Made by a program: the position numbers and the translations under genes | Part shown: positions 61,333-64,000 of the stretch, piece by piece | How the letters are laid out: every line of letters starts with the position of its first letter | How positions within the stretch are numbered: the stretch's first letter is position 1 | The notes under the pieces: generated by a model | What the model saw: only the letters and a program-made list of their open reading frames with translations | Databases searched by the model: none | Told to the model about the DNA's origin: nothing | Origin: Macrostomum hystrix | Taxonomy: Eukaryota; Animalia; Platyhelminthes | Direction: 5' to 3' | NCBI GenBank assembly: GCA_950097015.1 | Contig: CATNEN010000003.1 | Coordinates: 14,074,001 to 14,138,000 of the forward strand | Length of the DNA stretch: 64,000 bases

Positions 61333-64000
61333 TGTCTCATCTCTCCCTTGTTTCATCTCTACCGTGTCTCATCTCTCCTCTGTCTCATCTCTCCCTTGTT
61401 TTATCTCTACCGTGTCTCATCTCTCCCTTGTTTTATCTCTACCATGTCTCATCTCTCCCTTGTTTTATCTCTACCGTGTCTCATCTCTCCCTTGTTTTAT
61501 CTCTACCGTGTCTCATCTCTCCCTTGTTTTATCTCTACCATGTCTCATCTCTCCCTTGTTTTATCTCTACCGTGTCTCATCTCTCCCTTGTTTTATCTCT
61601 ACCGTGTCTCATCTCTCCCTTGTTTTATCTCTACCATGTCTCATCTCTCCCTTGTTTCATCTCTACCGTGTCTCATCTCTCCCTTGTTTCATCTCTACCG
61701 TGTCTCATCTCTCCCTTGTTTCATCTCTACCGTGTCTCATCTCTCCCTTGTTTCATCTCTACCGTGTCTCATCTCTCATGTGTCTCATCTCTCCCGTGTC
61801 TCATCTCTCCCGTGTCTCATCTCTCCAGTGTCTCATCTCTCCCTTGTTTTATCTCTACCGTGTCTCATCTCTCCCTTGTTTTATCTCTACCATGTCTCAT
61901 CTCTCCCTTGTTTTATCTCTACCGTGTCTCATCTCTCCCTTGTTTTATCTCTACCGTGTCTCATCTCTCCCTTGTTTTATCTCTACCATGTCTCATCTCT
62001 CCCTTGTTTTATCTCTACCGTGTCTCATCTCTCCCTTGTTTTATCTCTACCGTGTCTCATCTCTCCCTTGTTTTATCTCTACCATGTCTCATCTCTCCCT
62101 TGTTTCATCTCTACCGTGTCTCATCTCTCCCTTGTTTCATCTCTACCGTGTCTCATCTCTCCCTTGTTTCATCTCTACCGTGTCTCATCTCTCATGTGTC
62201 TCATCTCTCCCGTGTCTCATCTCTCCCGTGTCTCATCTCTCCAGTGTCTCATCTCTCCCTTGTTTTATCTCTACCGTGTCTCATCTCTCCCTTGTTTTAT
62301 CTCTACCGTGTCTCATCTCTCCCTTGTTTTATCTCTACCATGTCTCATCTCTCCCTTGTTTCATCTCTACCGTGTCTCATCTCTCCCTTGTTTCATCTCT
62401 ACCGTGTCTCATCTCTCCCTTGTTTCATCTCTACCGTGTCTCAACTCTCCCTTGTTTCATCTCTACCGTGTCTCATCTCTCCCGTGTCTCATCTCTCCTG
62501 TGTCTCATCTCTCCCTTGTTTTATCTCTACCATGTCTCATCTCTCCCTTGTTTTATCTCTACCGTGTCTCATCTCTCCCTTGTTTTATCTCTACCGTGTC
62601 TCATCTCTCCCTTGTTTTATCTCTACCATGTCTCATCTCTCCCTTGTTTTATCTCTACCATGTCTCATCTCTCCCTTGTTTTATCTCTACCGTGTCTCAT
62701 CTCTCCCTTGTTTTATCTCTACCGTGTCTCATCTCTCCCTTGTTTTATCTCTACCATGTCTCATCTCTCCCTTGTTTTATCTCTACCGTGTCTCATCTCT
62801 CCCTTGTTTTATCTCTACCGTGTCTCATCTCTCCCTTGTTTTATCTCTACCATGTCTCATCTCTCCCTTGTTTCATCTCTACCGTGTCTCATCTCTCCCT
62901 TGTTTCATCTCTACCGTGTCTCATCTCTCCCTTGTTTCATCTCTACCGTGTCTCATCTCTCCCTTGTTTCATCTCTACCGTGTCTCATCTCTCATGTGTC
63001 TCATCTCTCCCGTGTCTCATCTCTCCCGTGTCTCATCTCTCCAGTGTCTCATCTCTCCCTTGTTTTATCTCTACCGTGTCTCATCTCTCCCTTGTTTTAT
63101 CTCTACCGTGTCTCATCTCTCCCTTGTTTTATCTCTACCATGTCTCATCTCTCCCTTGTTTTATCTCTACCGTGTCTCATCTCTCCCTTGTTTTATCTCT
63201 ACCGTGTCTCATCTCTCCCTTGTTTTATCTCTACCATGTCTCATCTCTCCCTTGTTTTATCTCTACCGTGTCTCATCTCTCCCTTGTTTTATCTCTACCG
63301 TGTCTCATCTCTCCCTTGTTTTATCTCTACCATGTCTCATCTCTCCCTTGTTTCATCTCTACCGTGTCTCATCTCTCCCTTGTTTCATCTCTACCGTGTC
63401 TCATCTCTCCCTTGTTTCATCTCTACCGTGTCTCATCTCTCATGTGTCTCATCTCTCCCGTGTCTCATCTCTCCCGTGTCTCATCTCTCCAGTGTCTCAT
63501 CTCTCCCTTGTTTTATCTCTACCGTGTCTCATCTCTCCCTTGTTTTATCTCTACCGTGTCTCATCTCTCCCTTGTTTTATCTCTACCATGTCTCATCTCT
63601 CCCTTGTTTCATCTCTACCGTGTCTCATCTCTCCCTTGTTTCATCTCTACCGTGTCTCATCTCTCCCTTGTTTCATCTCTACCGTGTCTCAACTCTCCCT
63701 TGTTTCATCTCTACCGTGTCTCATCTCTCCCGTGTCTCATCTCTCCTGTGTCTCATCTCTCCCTTGTTTCATCTCTACCGTGTCTCATCTCTCCCGTGTC
63801 TCATCTCTCCTGTGTCTCATCTCTCCCTTGTTTCATCTCTTACTGTCCCATCTCTCCTGTGTCTCATCTCTACCGTGTCTCATCTATCCCGTGTCTCATC
63901 TCTCCTCTGTCTCATCTCTCCAGTGTCTCATCTCTCCTGTGTCTCATCTCTCCCGTGTCTCATCTCTCTAGTGTCTCATCTCTCCTCTGTCTCATCTCTC
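61333..64000. repeat. 16-bp family array organised as a 32-bp dimer (TGTCTCATCTCTCCCT-TGTTTTATCTCTACCG); runs off the window end
   Basis: Alternating monomers; source of the spurious 879-aa ORF. Confidence 0.96.

Noticed and set aside
61332-63971. 879-aa ORF
   Set aside because: Stop-free by composition; the 16/32-bp period cycles through all frames, giving no protein-like sequence

Overview
Eukaryotic (metazoan) genomic DNA dominated by tandem minisatellites. The style (a minisatellite in most large introns, polyQ/polyA-rich proteins) resembles the flatworm Macrostomum, but that is an inference. Two convergent spliced genes were reconstructed by hand with phase-consistent GT-AG introns. (1) On +, the last four exons (10428-15800) of a flavin-containing monooxygenase that closely resembles bacterial trimethylamine monooxygenase (Tmm/mFMO); its 5' exon(s) lie upstream, beyond a >10.4-kb 24-bp satellite intron. 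(2) On -, a complete 10-exon PTK7/off-track receptor pseudokinase (38079-18253; 4047 nt CDS, 1348 aa; signal peptide, 7 Ig-like domains, TM helix, dead kinase). Mobile DNA comprises a non-autonomous PIF/Harbinger element with a decayed Myb/SANT ORF inserted into a decayed THAP gene, a tRNA-derived SINE, and two head-to-tail non-autonomous Helitrons (47367-52180, 52181-57365). The Helitron pair is inserted exactly at an A|T in a 28-bp satellite, and each copy carries two internally amplified minisatellites. Most ORFs in the supplied track are translations of repeats, not genes.
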